Source of the DNA: a plasmid
Sequence record: NZ_CP040051.1
Length of the DNA stretch: 64,000 bases
Direction: 5' to 3' (one strand)
Shown here piece by piece: positions 8,228-18,763 of this stretch (positions are counted from its first letter, which is position 1; every line of letters begins with the position of its first letter). The notes beneath the pieces are model-generated. The model was not told the DNA's origin and did not search any database. It saw only the letters and a program-made list of their open reading frames with translations. The translations under genes were made by a program, and so were the position numbers.

Positions 8228-9721
8228 ATGAACTCAGTCGCAGAAATTTTTGAGAAAATAACCCAAACTGTCACCAGCACCGCTGCAGACGTAGCAACCA
8301 CGGTTACGGATAAAGTCAAGTCTAATGAGCAGTTTCAAACGGGCAAGCAGTTTTTGCATGGTCAAGTGACCCGTTTTGTCCCATTGCACACGCAGGTTCG
8401 CGGCATTCAGTGGATGCAAAAAGCCAAATTCCGTGTGTTTAACGTGCAAGAATTTCCTGCATTTATCGAGCAACCGATTCCAGAAGTTGCAACACTGGCA
8501 CTTGCTGAGATTGATGTTAGCAACCCATTTTTATACAAGCAAAAAAAATGGCAGTCTTACTTTAAGCGGCTGCGTGATGAAGCACCGGTACATTATCAAG
8601 CCAACAGTCCGTTTGGGGCATTTTGGTCGGTCACGCGTTACGATGATATTGTCTATGTCGATAAAAATCATGAGATTTTTTCAGCTGAACCTGTGATCGC
8701 GATTGGCAACACCCCTCCTGGGTTAGATGCTGAAATGTTTATTGCAATGGACCCACCCAAGCACGATGTGCAGCGGCAGGCCGTACAGGATGTAGTCGCA
8801 CCAAAAAATCTCAAAGAGCTAGAGGGTTTGATTCGGCTACGCGTGCAAGAGGTTTTGGATCAGTTGCCAACGGATCAGCCGTTTGATTGGGTGCAGAATG
8901 TTTCGATTGAGCTGACAGCCCGTATGTTGGCAACATTATTTGATTTCCCATACGAAAAGCGGCACAAATTGGTTGAATGGTCAGACTTGATGGCTGGCAC
9001 TGCGGAGGCCACAGGTGGGACAGTGACAAATTTGGATGAGATTTTTGATGCAGCAGTCGATGCAGCAAAGCATTTTGCGGAGTTATGGCATAGAAAAGCC
9101 GCACAAAAATCTGCAGGCGCTGAAATGGGCTATGATTTGATCAGCTTGATGCAGTCAAACGAAGCGACTAAAGACCTGATTTATCGGCCGATGGAGTTTA
9201 TGGGCAATTTGGTCTTGCTAATTGTCGGCGGCAACGATACCACACGCAACTCGATGACGGGTGGGGTATACGCACTTAACCTGTTTCCAAATGAGTTCGT
9301 CAAACTCAAAAACAATCCGAGCTTGATCCCGAACATGGTATCCGAAATTATTCGCTGGCAAACCCCGCTGGCCTATATGCGTCGGATTGCCAAGCAAGAT
9401 GTAGAGCTTAACGGTCAGACCATCAAAAAAGGCGACAAGGTGGTGATGTGGTACGTTTCTGGCAACCGCGATGAGCGAGTGATTGAGCGACCTGATGAAT
9501 TGATCATTGATCGTAAAGGTGCGCGTAATCATCTGTCATTTGGTTTTGGTGTGCATCGCTGTATGGGTAATCGCTTGGCCGAGATGCAGTTGCGAATCTT
9601 ATGGGAAGAGCTGCTTCAGCGTTTTGAAAATATTGAGGTTTTGGGTGAGCCAGAAATTGTGCAATCTAACTTTGTGCGCGGCTATGCCAAGATGATGGTC
9701 AAACTGACTGCCAAAGCGTAG
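8228..9721 (+). CDS. Cytochrome P450 alkane hydroxylase, CYP153 family
   Basis: Heme-binding FGFGVHRCMGNRLAEMQL motif. Length and gene context (Fdx-P450-FdR with AraC) are typical of CYP153A. Confidence 0.85.
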   Translation: MNSVAEIFEKITQTVTSTAADVATTVTDKVKSNEQFQTGKQFLHGQVTRFVPLHTQVRGIQWMQKAKFRVFNVQEFPAFIEQPIPEVATLALAEIDVSNPFLYKQKKWQSYFKRLRDEAPVHYQANSPFGAFWSVTRYDDIVYVDKNHEIFSAEPVIAIGNTPPGLDAEMFIAMDPPKHDVQRQAVQDVVAPKNLKELEGLIRLRVQEVLDQLPTDQPFDWVQNVSIELTARMLATLFDFPYEKRHKLVEWSDLMAGTAEATGGTVTNLDEIFDAAVDAAKHFAELWHRKAAQKSAGAEMGYDLISLMQSNEATKDLIYRPMEFMGNLVLLIVGGNDTTRNSMTGGVYALNLFPNEFVKLKNNPSLIPNMVSEIIRWQTPLAYMRRIAKQDVELNGQTIKKGDKVVMWYVSGNRDERVIERPDELIIDRKGARNHLSFGFGVHRCMGNRLAEMQLRILWEELLQRFENIEVLGEPEIVQSNFVRGYAKMMVKLTAKA

Positions 9722-9807
9722 GTATCAAAATAGGCGACAGAGGCATTTTGCAACTGTCGTCGGCAACAATTGATGCTGTGCATCAACCATGAACTGAGTG
9801 AATTCAT

Positions 9808-11022
9808 ATGCAAACAATCGTCATCATTGGCGCAAGTCATGCTGCGGCGCAGTTGGCGGCAAGTCTGCGGCCAGATGGCTGGCAGGGCGAGATTGTGGTG
9901 ATCGGCGATGAGCCGTATTTGCCGTATCATCGACCGCCGTTGTCCAAGACCTTTTTATGCGGTGCACAACTGGTCGATGAGTTATTGATTCGGCCAGCCG
10001 CTTTTTATCAAAAAAATCAGATCGAATTTCGGCACGGGCGGGTGGTTGCGATTGATCGGGCAGCGCGCAGCGTGACACTACAAGATGGCAGTACGCTTGC
10101 GTATGACCAGTTGGCGCTGTGTACCGGTGCACGAGTCAGGACGGTGTCGCTGGCTGGGTCTGATTTGGCAGGTGTGCATTATCTTAGAAATATCAGCGAT
10201 GTACAGGCTATCCAGCCATTTGTACAACCCAACGGCAAAGCAGTGGTGATCGGTGGTGGCTATATCGGTCTTGAAACAGCCGCCGCATTGACCGAGCAGG
10301 GCATGCAGGTGGTGGTCTTGGAAGCCGCCGAGCGGATTTTGCAGCGGGTAACTGCACCGGAAGTGTCGGACTTTTATACGCGGATTCATCGCGAACAGGG
10401 TGTGACGATTCATACCGGTGTGTCGGTCACGGCGATCACGGGTGAGGGGCGGGCGCAAGCGGTGCTGTGTGCCGATGGTTCGATGTTCGATGCAGATCTG
10501 GTGATCATCGGGGTCGGGGTTGTACCGAATATCGAGTTGGCGCTGGACGCGGGCTTGCAGGTGGACAATGGTATTGTGATTGATGAGTATTGCCGTACCA
10601 GTGCGCCAGAGATTGTGGCCATCGGGGATTGTGCCAATGCGTTTAATCCGATTTATCAGCGGCGGATGCGCTTGGAGTCGGTACCAAACGCCAATGAACA
10701 GGCCAAAATTGCCTCGGCGACCTTGTGTGGCTTACAGCGGACCTCGAAGAGTTTGCCTTGGTTTTGGTCAGATCAGTATGATCTAAAGTTGCAGATTGCG
10801 GGACTCAGTCAGGGGTATGATCAGATCGTGATTCGGGGTGATGTGCAGCAAAGGCGTAGCTTTGCAGCGTTTTATTTGCAGGCGGGTCGCCTGATTGCGG
10901 CGGATTGTGTGAATCGTCCGCAGGAGTTTATGCTAAGCAAAAAGCTGATCACGGCTGGTACGGCGGTCGATCCACTGCGGTTGGCGGATGAGTCGATTGC
11001 GGTACAGGCGTTGATGGGGTAG
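9808..11022 (+). CDS. FAD-dependent ferredoxin reductase (putidaredoxin reductase-like)
   Basis: N-terminal GASHAA and a second GGGYIGLE dinucleotide-binding motif. It is the third gene of the P450 operon. Confidence 0.8.
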   Translation: MQTIVIIGASHAAAQLAASLRPDGWQGEIVVIGDEPYLPYHRPPLSKTFLCGAQLVDELLIRPAAFYQKNQIEFRHGRVVAIDRAARSVTLQDGSTLAYDQLALCTGARVRTVSLAGSDLAGVHYLRNISDVQAIQPFVQPNGKAVVIGGGYIGLETAAALTEQGMQVVVLEAAERILQRVTAPEVSDFYTRIHREQGVTIHTGVSVTAITGEGRAQAVLCADGSMFDADLVIIGVGVVPNIELALDAGLQVDNGIVIDEYCRTSAPEIVAIGDCANAFNPIYQRRMRLESVPNANEQAKIASATLCGLQRTSKSLPWFWSDQYDLKLQIAGLSQGYDQIVIRGDVQQRRSFAAFYLQAGRLIAADCVNRPQEFMLSKKLITAGTAVDPLRLADESIAVQALMG

Positions 11023-11039
11023 CTTAAAACTACATCAGG

Positions 11040-11560
11040 CTAGATTTGCATTACGCTGATTCAGATGTTAATCAGAATGGCATCGATAGATACCTGTGAG
11101 AGCAAGTCAGGTGCAGCTTTGGCTTTGTGTAATTCACCACCCGTGATCGCAAACACGATGGGTAATCCATACCCATCTACGGCAAGATGGATCTTACTTG
11201 TCTTGCTACCTCGACTTAAGCCAATCGCCTCCTGATCGTGAGTTGCAGCACGTGCATTATGTTGATGTGCCTTGACGTAATTGCTATCCATAACCCCTAC
11301 TCTATATCAGAGTCAGTAGATAAAACCCTGAGTATGCTTTGGAAAAAACCTTTTGCTGACCAGTCGTTGTATCTTTTGTAGAGATTAGGCTGCTGACCAA
11401 ACTCAGTCAGGAGGTAGGTCTAGCCATGGACATTTCACCCACATTCTGTAGAGCATGGCTTCTACGGTGAGCCGTAAATTTGGTTTGTGATCAATGTCCT
11501 GTTGCTTGAGCATAGGAGAAATCTTTGCTCAATGTTGGTCGTTCAGCATAAAGCGTGGCA
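11040..11560 (-). mobile_element. Degenerate IS5-family (IS427-group-like) element remnant
   Basis: A 76-aa ORF (DSNYVKAHQH...AIGLSRGSKTSKIHLAVDGYGLPIVFAITGGELHKAKAAPDLL) matches the DDE region. An upstream out-of-frame stretch (...EAMLYRMWVKCPW) matches the N-terminal motif. Multiple stops are present. Confidence 0.6.
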
Positions 11561-11769
11561 TGGTGGACTCGGATGGGGAGAGCTTTAATTCTCTGAGTCT
11601 GCCTCCAATTTGCAATCAATATTTTCAAACGTCAACACACTCTAATGTAAAAAAACTAACATTAAAAAAACACCTCTGCCAAAAGGTCTGGTAGCTATAT
11701 TCGATGTCAAAGATGATCTGGCTCACCTGCTGCGTTGTTAACTCATTCTATCAAATTTTGAGGACAGGC

Positions 11770-11798
11770 TTGACATTTGGTCAATCGACCAATATATA
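11770..11798 (+). promoter_or_regulatory. Sigma70-like promoter (TTGACA-17bp-TATATA) whose spacer is exactly the TetR-type operator O1 TTGGTCAATCGACCAA
   Basis: -35 at 11770-11775, operator at 11777-11792 and -10 at 11793-11798, all read directly from the sequence. Confidence 0.6.
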
Positions 11799-11812
11799 TT
11801 CAAAATATGCAT

Positions 11813-11828
11813 TTGGTCATTTGACCAA
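11813..11828 (+). promoter_or_regulatory. Second operator O2 TTGGTCATTTGACCAA (TTGGTC-N4-GACCAA inverted repeat)
   Basis: Same half-sites as O1, 21 bp downstream. Confidence 0.55.
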
Positions 11829-11947
11829 TACCCGTTGAATTCTTGTGTGATATTTGCTGTGCCTGACCAAGGTGAAAAATATTGCTCAAGGTCAAATGTG
11901 ATAGCAGGTTTACAGACATTCGATGCCTTTACAAGGAAACTCTCGCC

Positions 11948-12817
11948 ATGACTCATATGATCAATATCCAGCCACGTAAGCCGCGGTTTGATTTAAGTGA
12001 TGTTCCAGTTTTTTGGAACGACGGTGACCCGGTGTTAACACGCTTCTTTGATGCACTTTCTATTCACTTCCCCGATGGAGAGCGTTTTTTTATTCAGTCG
12101 GTGCGTAACTATCAGGATCTGGTCACAGATCCTAAACTGAGAGAAGATATCAAAAACTTTTTTCGCCAAGAAGCGCAACATGGCATTGTGCATGACCAGT
12201 ATAATGCGGTGATGCAGTCGCAAGGCATTCATGTCGAAAAGGTCATCGCAAGATTCAAATTATTTATTCGGCTCTCCCAAAAACACCTGCCCGCCAAGTA
12301 TCTGTTGGCCATGACAGCTGCCTTTGAACATATTACTGCTGTACTAGGCGAGGGTGCTATGGAGGGTGAGGGTGAGATGTTCAAGAATGCTCATCCCGCA
12401 ATGCGTGCCATGTTCATGTGGCATGGGGTAGAAGAAGTCGAACACAAAACAGTAGCCTTTGATGTTTACGAAACAGCGGCAGGTGGGGGGTATTTCACCC
12501 GCGCATCTGCTTTGATTATCGGAACGCTACTGGTACATGCGGTGGTTGGCTCAGTTCTTTGGCATATGTTGAAAATTGACAAACTACAAGGTCAGCCATT
12601 GGTGCTTGCTAAGGGATTTTATCGCCTCTATGGACCACGTGGCCTGATTACCAGACTTATTCCACGCTATCTGGACTGGTTTAAGCCAGGTTTCCATCCT
12701 AGCGACACCGAAATCCCAGAAAAGGTTAATTCTTGGCTGGCTGAATATGATAAGCATCAAGACCCTATGGAAGCGTCACGAATTGTTTTTAATGTCCCCA
12801 TTGCAAAAGCTGTATAG
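11948..12817 (+). CDS. predicted metal-dependent hydrolase (PF10118/COG3687-like)
   Basis: Conserved HxxxEQxH-like motifs (FFRQEAQHGIVHDQ; EEVEHK). Start chosen at MTHMINIQ. Confidence 0.6.
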   Translation: MTHMINIQPRKPRFDLSDVPVFWNDGDPVLTRFFDALSIHFPDGERFFIQSVRNYQDLVTDPKLREDIKNFFRQEAQHGIVHDQYNAVMQSQGIHVEKVIARFKLFIRLSQKHLPAKYLLAMTAAFEHITAVLGEGAMEGEGEMFKNAHPAMRAMFMWHGVEEVEHKTVAFDVYETAAGGGYFTRASALIIGTLLVHAVVGSVLWHMLKIDKLQGQPLVLAKGFYRLYGPRGLITRLIPRYLDWFKPGFHPSDTEIPEKVNSWLAEYDKHQDPMEASRIVFNVPIAKAV

Positions 12818-12888
12818 ATCAGGAGAGACCGTGAAAGACTCGACTCGACTTGACCAAGTCGAGTAACCTGTCTTATTGATATAATGTT

Positions 12889-13527
12889 ATGAGTCAAACT
12901 ATGTTGAGTAGTGAATCTACGCGAGTCGAAGTTGCTGACCGCGAGAGAGTATTAGCCGCTTCTGCCAAGCTGTTTCGAGAAAAGGGTTTTGAGCGTACCA
13001 GTGTGCGAGAAATTGCCAGTGCTTGTGGTATTCTTCCAGGCAGTCTGCATTACCGCTATCGTAGTAAAGACGATATTTTGGTTGATATGATGCGGCTTGC
13101 TATTGAGAGAACTATTTACAGGATTGTTGAGGCGACTTCCGCGATTCAAGATCCACTCAAAAAAATGCAATCGGCACTGCAGACACATGTCGATATCCTT
13201 ATGTCGGGTGACGATATGGTTTATGTGTTGTTGTTTGAGTGGCGCTCGGTACATGGAGTCGCACGTGAGCAGATTATTGCTGAGAGAGACAGATACGAGC
13301 GATATTGGCAGACAATTCTTGATGATCTGCAGTCTTATGGTTGTATCCGAAACGATGTGGATGCAGATCTGTTAAGACTGATTGGGCTAGGAGCAATAAA
13401 CTGGGCTGCCACTTGGTATAAAGAAAATGGTAAGTACAATCTTGAACAGATCGCGGATGCGATATGGCAGATGATGACAAGAGGCATCCTTAATCCAGAT
13501 TTTCACGAAGAGGCAAAAAACCTGTGA
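12889..13527 (+). CDS. TetR/AcrR-family transcriptional regulator
   Basis: N-terminal TetR HTH (FREKGFERTSVREIASACGILPGSLHYRY). Confidence 0.8.
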   Translation: MSQTMLSSESTRVEVADRERVLAASAKLFREKGFERTSVREIASACGILPGSLHYRYRSKDDILVDMMRLAIERTIYRIVEATSAIQDPLKKMQSALQTHVDILMSGDDMVYVLLFEWRSVHGVAREQIIAERDRYERYWQTILDDLQSYGCIRNDVDADLLRLIGLGAINWAATWYKENGKYNLEQIADAIWQMMTRGILNPDFHEEAKNL

Positions 13528-14495
13528 CCAACTATAAGACTCCATCCCGTATCACGCACGCCATCGGGAGGCATTGTGGCAGCTCCGCAATTCGTGATTT
13601 GCTCGAGTTTAATGGGCTGAATATTTCCGAGGCCATGTGCTTTGGATTAGGCTCAGGGCTTGGCGTGACCTATTTGGAAATGGCTGACGCCCCTGTGCCA
13701 TTTTTAGTGCATGTGCGGTCTTTGGGGTTTGAAGCGCGCGTATTTGAAAGTATCGGTATACCCTTTGAGTGGCAAACCTTCGAGTCACCCGAATCGGCAG
13801 CCACCGCGCTGGAGAAATGTTTGGATGCGGGTCACCCCACCCTGTTGCTGACGGATATTTTTTATTTACCTTACTTCAACAGCAGCACGCACTTTCCCGG
13901 TCACGCCATAGCCGCTTGGTCGAGAAATCCAGAGACAGGTGCGGTATTTGTCACCGATACCGAGCGTCCGAGTGTTTTGTCGGTGACGCGAGAGGCACTG
14001 ACCCGCGCACGTTTTTCTACACAGCCCCCATTTATTCACTATGGCAATATGTTCACGCCCACCGCGTTTCAAGGCGAAATTACCCCCGAGATGATTACCG
14101 GTGTCATCCATGACAACGCCAAGTCATTAGCTGTGAGTGGCATATCGGCACTGGAAACATGGCTGGCCGAACTGAGTCGTTGGGGAGCCACAGGCGATTG
14201 GCACTGGACGACCCGATTTGCCTACCAAATTATTGAAAAGCGTGGCACAGGTGGCGGCGGCTTCCGCAAAATGTACGCTGAATTCCTTGATGAAGCGGTT
14301 CACTATGACGCAAGTGTACAGCAATATCGACTGTCCCTGTTAATGAGGGCTTGCGAAAAAGCATGGACGGCATTAGCCATGTGTTTGAAGTCTGCCTCGG
14401 AAAGCACAAACTTTCCATATGCCGCCATTGAAGAGGCCATTGTGGCGGTGATGCAGGCCGAACGTAATTATACAGATGCCGCCCTTGCACTTTGA
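13524..14495 (+). CDS. BtrH-N/DUF4872-like protein (papain-like fold), unknown function
   Basis: A weak family resemblance, in operon with the TetR gene with a 4-bp overlap. Confidence 0.4.
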   Translation: MTNYKTPSRITHAIGRHCGSSAIRDLLEFNGLNISEAMCFGLGSGLGVTYLEMADAPVPFLVHVRSLGFEARVFESIGIPFEWQTFESPESAATALEKCLDAGHPTLLLTDIFYLPYFNSSTHFPGHAIAAWSRNPETGAVFVTDTERPSVLSVTREALTRARFSTQPPFIHYGNMFTPTAFQGEITPEMITGVIHDNAKSLAVSGISALETWLAELSRWGATGDWHWTTRFAYQIIEKRGTGGGGFRKMYAEFLDEAVHYDASVQQYRLSLLMRACEKAWTALAMCLKSASESTNFPYAAIEEAIVAVMQAERNYTDAALAL

Positions 14496-14551
14496 GACGT
14501 GCCGCTAATTTTTTCGCAATAAAATCAGCCAGCAATGGCGGGAGTTCAAAA

Positions 14552-15016
14552 ATGGACAGTAATAACACGGCACACCTGACCATGGCTAAGGCGTTTTTTG
14601 GTACTAATCACCCTTTATTCAATATGTTCAATATTAGTGTTGGTGCAGTGAGCGATGGTCATGCCGAGATGACGATGCCCTTCTCTGAGCAACTCTCTGA
14701 CCGTAAAGGCTCACTGCATCGAGGGGCTTTGGTGACGCTGCTGGATACGACTTGCGGCTTATCTATTTTTTCGTCATTGCGGTCGTTAGAGCCGATTGCC
14801 ACTATTGATTTGCGTGTCGATTTTTTGCGACGTATTCCCTCTGCGGTAGGTTTAAAGGCGATAGTGGATTGCATTGGTAGAACCGATACGGTGGCCTTTA
14901 TCACGGGCCGAGCGGTTGCAGAAGACAGTGGTGAGCTACTGGCTACTGTCACTGGTTCTTTCGCAATCGGCACGATGGGACCCTCTTTTGACAGCAATGA
15001 AGCGCGAGGCGAGTGA
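14552..15016 (+). CDS. PaaI/hotdog-fold thioesterase
   Basis: HRGALVTLLDTTCG motif typical of PaaI-family thioesterases. Start chosen at MDSNN. Confidence 0.65.
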   Translation: MDSNNTAHLTMAKAFFGTNHPLFNMFNISVGAVSDGHAEMTMPFSEQLSDRKGSLHRGALVTLLDTTCGLSIFSSLRSLEPIATIDLRVDFLRRIPSAVGLKAIVDCIGRTDTVAFITGRAVAEDSGELLATVTGSFAIGTMGPSFDSNEARGE

Positions 15017-15017
15017 T

Positions 15018-15437
15018 ATGAGTATAGTAAATCAGATGAGCGCGGAAACACCCCCACTAAAATTGTGTGACGAGCCTTTTGTCGATTTTCTAGGTTTTCG
15101 TGAGGAAATGCAACATGGAGAAATACAGTACTTTATGGACTTTCGTGATTCGCATATCGGCAACCCGATGATTGGCACGTTTCATGGCGGCATTCTCGCG
15201 AGTTTTGGTGAAGTGGCCGCCGCCGCCTATCTTGCCCGTCAGCGTGGTGATAATGAGCTGCCCTTATGCTCCACGATGACCTTTGATTACCTGCGGCCAG
15301 CATTTATAGGTACGTTACAGGCAGTCCCCAGTATTGTTCGTGCGGGTCGGCGCATTACGACAGTATCGGTTCAGTTACTACTTGATGGCAAGTTGGTTTG
15401 TATCGGTCGATTCCTGTTTACGGTTAGCAGCAAATAA
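15018..15437 (+). CDS. PaaI/hotdog-fold thioesterase, paralog
   Basis: FHGGILASFGEVAAAAYL motif. Start at MSIVNQ immediately after the upstream stop. Confidence 0.65.
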   Translation: MSIVNQMSAETPPLKLCDEPFVDFLGFREEMQHGEIQYFMDFRDSHIGNPMIGTFHGGILASFGEVAAAAYLARQRGDNELPLCSTMTFDYLRPAFIGTLQAVPSIVRAGRRITTVSVQLLLDGKLVCIGRFLFTVSSK

Positions 15438-15528
15438 AATTGGAGCAAGCTCAGTTCAGGATGCCGACCCTGTTTTACTCAGAAAAATTTTCAATAGATA
15501 GACAAATAATATCAAATAGCTGGAACTA

Positions 15529-15670
15529 CTACTGATACCGATACAGCGTTGGCGCAGAAATCCCAAACTCCTTCGCCAATGCTCGCTTGGTTTTGTAGTC
15601 GCCAGATTCAAGACGTTGATGCAGCAGAGCCACTTGTTCAGGAGTCAGTGACGGCTTACGGCCCTTGTAG
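15529..15670 (-). pseudogene. C-terminal HTH fragment of a serine recombinase (resolvase/invertase) truncated by the Tn3-family insertion
   Basis: Minus-strand translation YKGRKPSLTPEQVALLHQRLESGDYKTKRALAKEFGISAPTLYRYQ* ends at 15529. The fragment abuts the transposon IR at 15671. Confidence 0.7.
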
Positions 15671-15702
15671 GGGTCGTCTCAGGAAACGGAAAATATAGCA
15701 CG

Positions 15703-18669
15703 CTAAGGTTTTTCAATTGCGCGCAATGGCCTAAATTTTCCACCACCTATCTTGGCTTTGCTTCGCCATAGATAATCCCCAGTTAAATTGATGTGCTCCC
15801 ACCCCAGCGGTGACAGATATTGCAGCAAGGTATCATCGACTGTGCGACCATGCCCTCGTAGGGCGTTAGTCGCTCTCTCTAAATAAACCGTGTTCCACAA
15901 TACAATGGCGGCGGTCACTAGATTCAAGCCACTGGCTCGATAACGCTGTTGCTCAAAGCTTCGATCTCGAATCTCACCCAATCGATAAAAGAAAACGGCG
16001 CGCGCTAATGCATTACGGGCTTCACCTTTATTTAATCCAGCTTGAACCCGACGGCGTAGTTCTACGCTTTGCAACCAATCCAAGATAAACAGTGTGCGCT
16101 CAATACGCCCCAGCTCTCGTAATGCCAATGCCAAACCATTCTGTCGTGGATAACTACCGAGTTTACGTAGCATTAGCGACGCTGTGACAGTCCCTTGCTT
16201 GATTGATGCGGCCAGACGCAAAATATCGTCCCAATGAGTACGAATCTGTTTGATATTCAGTGTGCCGCCAATCATGGGTTTAAGTGCGGCATAGTCTATG
16301 TCTGACTTTGGAATATAGAGTTTCGTATCGCCCAGATCACGAATTCGTGGTGCAAATCGAAACCCTAGCATGTGCATGAGTGCAAAAACATGGTCGGTGA
16401 ATCCAGCCGTATCGGTGTAGTGTTCCTCGATGCGTAAATCAGACTCGTGATACAGCAGCCCATCAAGAACATAGGTTGAATCACGAACGCCCACATTGAT
16501 CAGCTTACTGCTAAATGGTGCGTATTGATCAGAAATGTGTGTATAAAATAACCTTCCAGGCTCTGCGCCATATTTTGGATTGATATGTCCTGTACTTTCA
16601 GCTCTGCCACCTGCGCGGAAGCGTTGGCCATCTGATGAGGAGGTAGTGCCATCTCCCCAGTTTTCAGCGAAAGGTTGTTTCAATTGAGCATTCACCAATT
16701 CGGCCAATGCCGTTGAATAAGTTTCATCACGGATATGCCAAGCCTGTAGCCATGAGAGTTTGGCATAAGTTGTACCAGGACATGATTCGGCCATTTTCGT
16801 CAGCCCTAAATTAATTGCATCAGCCAGTATGGTCGTGAGCAATAACGCTTTATCCTTCGCAGTGTCATCCGTTTTCAAATGAGTGAAGTGTCGAGTAAAG
16901 CCTGTCCATTCATCGACCTCCATTAATAATTCGGTGATCTTGATATGTGGTAACAGCATTGCTGTTTGGTCAATTAAAGTTTGGGCTGTATCAGGAGCCA
17001 CGGCATCGAGAGGTGTTATTTTTAGACCAGATTGATTGATCATCGCATCAGGCAAATCGTTGGTCGCTGCCATGCGATTAATGATTGCTAATTTCTGCTC
17101 CAATAGTGAAAGGCGACTTTGCAAATATAGATCACAATCAGTAGTAATGGTTAGAGGTAACTCATTGGACTGTTTTAGCTGATTAAATTTATCAGCAGTC
17201 ACTAAATACTCATCGAAGTCTTTGAATTGGCGAGAGCCTTGTACCCAGAGATCCCCAGCCCGTAGCGAGTTTTTAAGTTCAGATAACACACATATTTCGT
17301 AATAGCGGCGATCAATACCATCATCGGTAAAGACTAGTCTTGCCCACCGTTTTTTGATAAACGCTATTGGAGCATTAGAGGGGATTTTTCGTGTATTATC
17401 AACATTCATGCTGCGGAGCAACTCTACAGCGGCAAGCATATCTTTTGCTGCTGGGGCAGCACGCAATTTAAGTATGGCAAGAAGTTCTGGCGCGTAACGG
17501 CGTAAAGTTGCATAGCTCTCGCCAATTCGTGGTAAAAAATCAAAGTCTTCGGGTTGCGCCAGTTTTTCTGCCTCAGTAATACTTGCTGCAAAAGCATCCC
17601 ATGAAATAACAGTTTCGATGGCGGCAAACGGATCACTGCCATTTTGCTTGGCATCTAGCAAGGCTTTCCCGATAAGCCCATACAAACGCACTTTGTCGTT
17701 GATCGCTTTACCTGATGATTGAAATTGTTGCTGGTGTTTATTTTTTGCGATAGCAAATAGCTTTCCAATAATGCGATCATGCAGGTCAATAATTTCGTCG
17801 GTGATCGTGGCCATACTCTCCACAACGATTGCTACCAAAGTGGCATATCGACGTTGAGATTCAAATCTGGCCAAATCAGCAGGAGTCATTTGCCCACCTT
17901 CGCGAGCAATTTTCAGTAAGCGATTTTGATGAACGTGTTTTCCAATGTCTTCAGGTAGATCGATGGCTTGTAAGCACTTCAGCCGCTCAATGTGCTCAAG
18001 CATGTACTTTGAGTTTGGTTTAGCTGGTGACTGTCTAAGCCACCCCAATATTGTCAGTTTGCTGCCCTCTTTACGGTTCAGCAAAGCATCTATATTTTGA
18101 CGATGAGTTTCTGAAAGTGAGCTCGTCAAAGCAGTATAAATTATGCGGTTGGCAGATGTGATTGCTTCTGCGCAAATACTATCAATTGCATTTATAGCTG
18201 GCAAAAGGACTGATTTTTGTCGTAAATTTTCAACGAGAGTTGTGGCTAAAATAAGACCTTTATCTGTCTGAAGGGACAAATCCACCATCATATTGACCGA
18301 TTGCCGATAGTCACTCAAGGTGAATAGTTTGAACCCAAAAACTTTTTTCAATTCGGCAATATGTTCTCGTCTTGTTTGCTCGCGCTGACCATAATCATTC
18401 CAGCAGTCCACTGATATACTAAGTTGAGCAGCCATCATGAAAAGTAAGGGTTTGAATGGTTCGTCGTTAATACCCAATATCACTCCAGGGTAACGCATGT
18501 AGCAAAGTTGAATTGCAAAGCCTAGCTTGTTGGATGCCCCTCGATGTTGATGGACTATGGATTTATCAGAATCACTCAGAGTGTAATGCTGAAGCATAAA
18601 AGCTCTATCATCTGGAATTTCGAACAGGCTTCCCAATTCCGTGGACGACAAAATAGAATGGCGCGGCAT
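15703..18669 (-). CDS. tnpA: Tn3-family transposase TnpA
   Basis: 988 aa. The N-terminus [35 protein letters not shown] is typical of Tn3/Tn21 TnpA, and the ORF ends inside the IR. Confidence 0.9.
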   Translation of the reverse strand: MPRHSILSSTELGSLFEIPDDRAFMLQHYTLSDSDKSIVHQHRGASNKLGFAIQLCYMRYPGVILGINDEPFKPLLFMMAAQLSISVDCWNDYGQREQTRREHIAELKKVFGFKLFTLSDYRQSVNMMVDLSLQTDKGLILATTLVENLRQKSVLLPAINAIDSICAEAITSANRIIYTALTSSLSETHRQNIDALLNRKEGSKLTILGWLRQSPAKPNSKYMLEHIERLKCLQAIDLPEDIGKHVHQNRLLKIAREGGQMTPADLARFESQRRYATLVAIVVESMATITDEIIDLHDRIIGKLFAIAKNKHQQQFQSSGKAINDKVRLYGLIGKALLDAKQNGSDPFAAIETVISWDAFAASITEAEKLAQPEDFDFLPRIGESYATLRRYAPELLAILKLRAAPAAKDMLAAVELLRSMNVDNTRKIPSNAPIAFIKKRWARLVFTDDGIDRRYYEICVLSELKNSLRAGDLWVQGSRQFKDFDEYLVTADKFNQLKQSNELPLTITTDCDLYLQSRLSLLEQKLAIINRMAATNDLPDAMINQSGLKITPLDAVAPDTAQTLIDQTAMLLPHIKITELLMEVDEWTGFTRHFTHLKTDDTAKDKALLLTTILADAINLGLTKMAESCPGTTYAKLSWLQAWHIRDETYSTALAELVNAQLKQPFAENWGDGTTSSSDGQRFRAGGRAESTGHINPKYGAEPGRLFYTHISDQYAPFSSKLINVGVRDSTYVLDGLLYHESDLRIEEHYTDTAGFTDHVFALMHMLGFRFAPRIRDLGDTKLYIPKSDIDYAALKPMIGGTLNIKQIRTHWDDILRLAASIKQGTVTASLMLRKLGSYPRQNGLALALRELGRIERTLFILDWLQSVELRRRVQAGLNKGEARNALARAVFFYRLGEIRDRSFEQQRYRASGLNLVTAAIVLWNTVYLERATNALRGHGRTVDDTLLQYLSPLGWEHINLTGDYLWRSKAKIGGGKFRPLRAIEKP

Positions 18670-18763
18670 GGCTCATTAGTCCCAAATAAACTAAACTATT
18701 AAAGGTACATTATTTTGTACCGCCACGCTTAGCTTTGCGCTGCAATTTCGCAAGGAGGTTCAA

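Noticed and set aside
11738-11956. 72-aa minus-strand ORF overlapping the TetR operator and promoter region
   Set aside because: It covers the palindromic operators and the -35/-10 elements and has no RBS. The region is better explained as a regulatory region.
14492-14551. The TTG-initiated N-terminal extension (MRRAANFF…) of the first thioesterase
   Set aside because: It overlaps the upstream stop with no RBS, and an ATG with a GGCGGGAG RBS at 14552 is a more plausible start.
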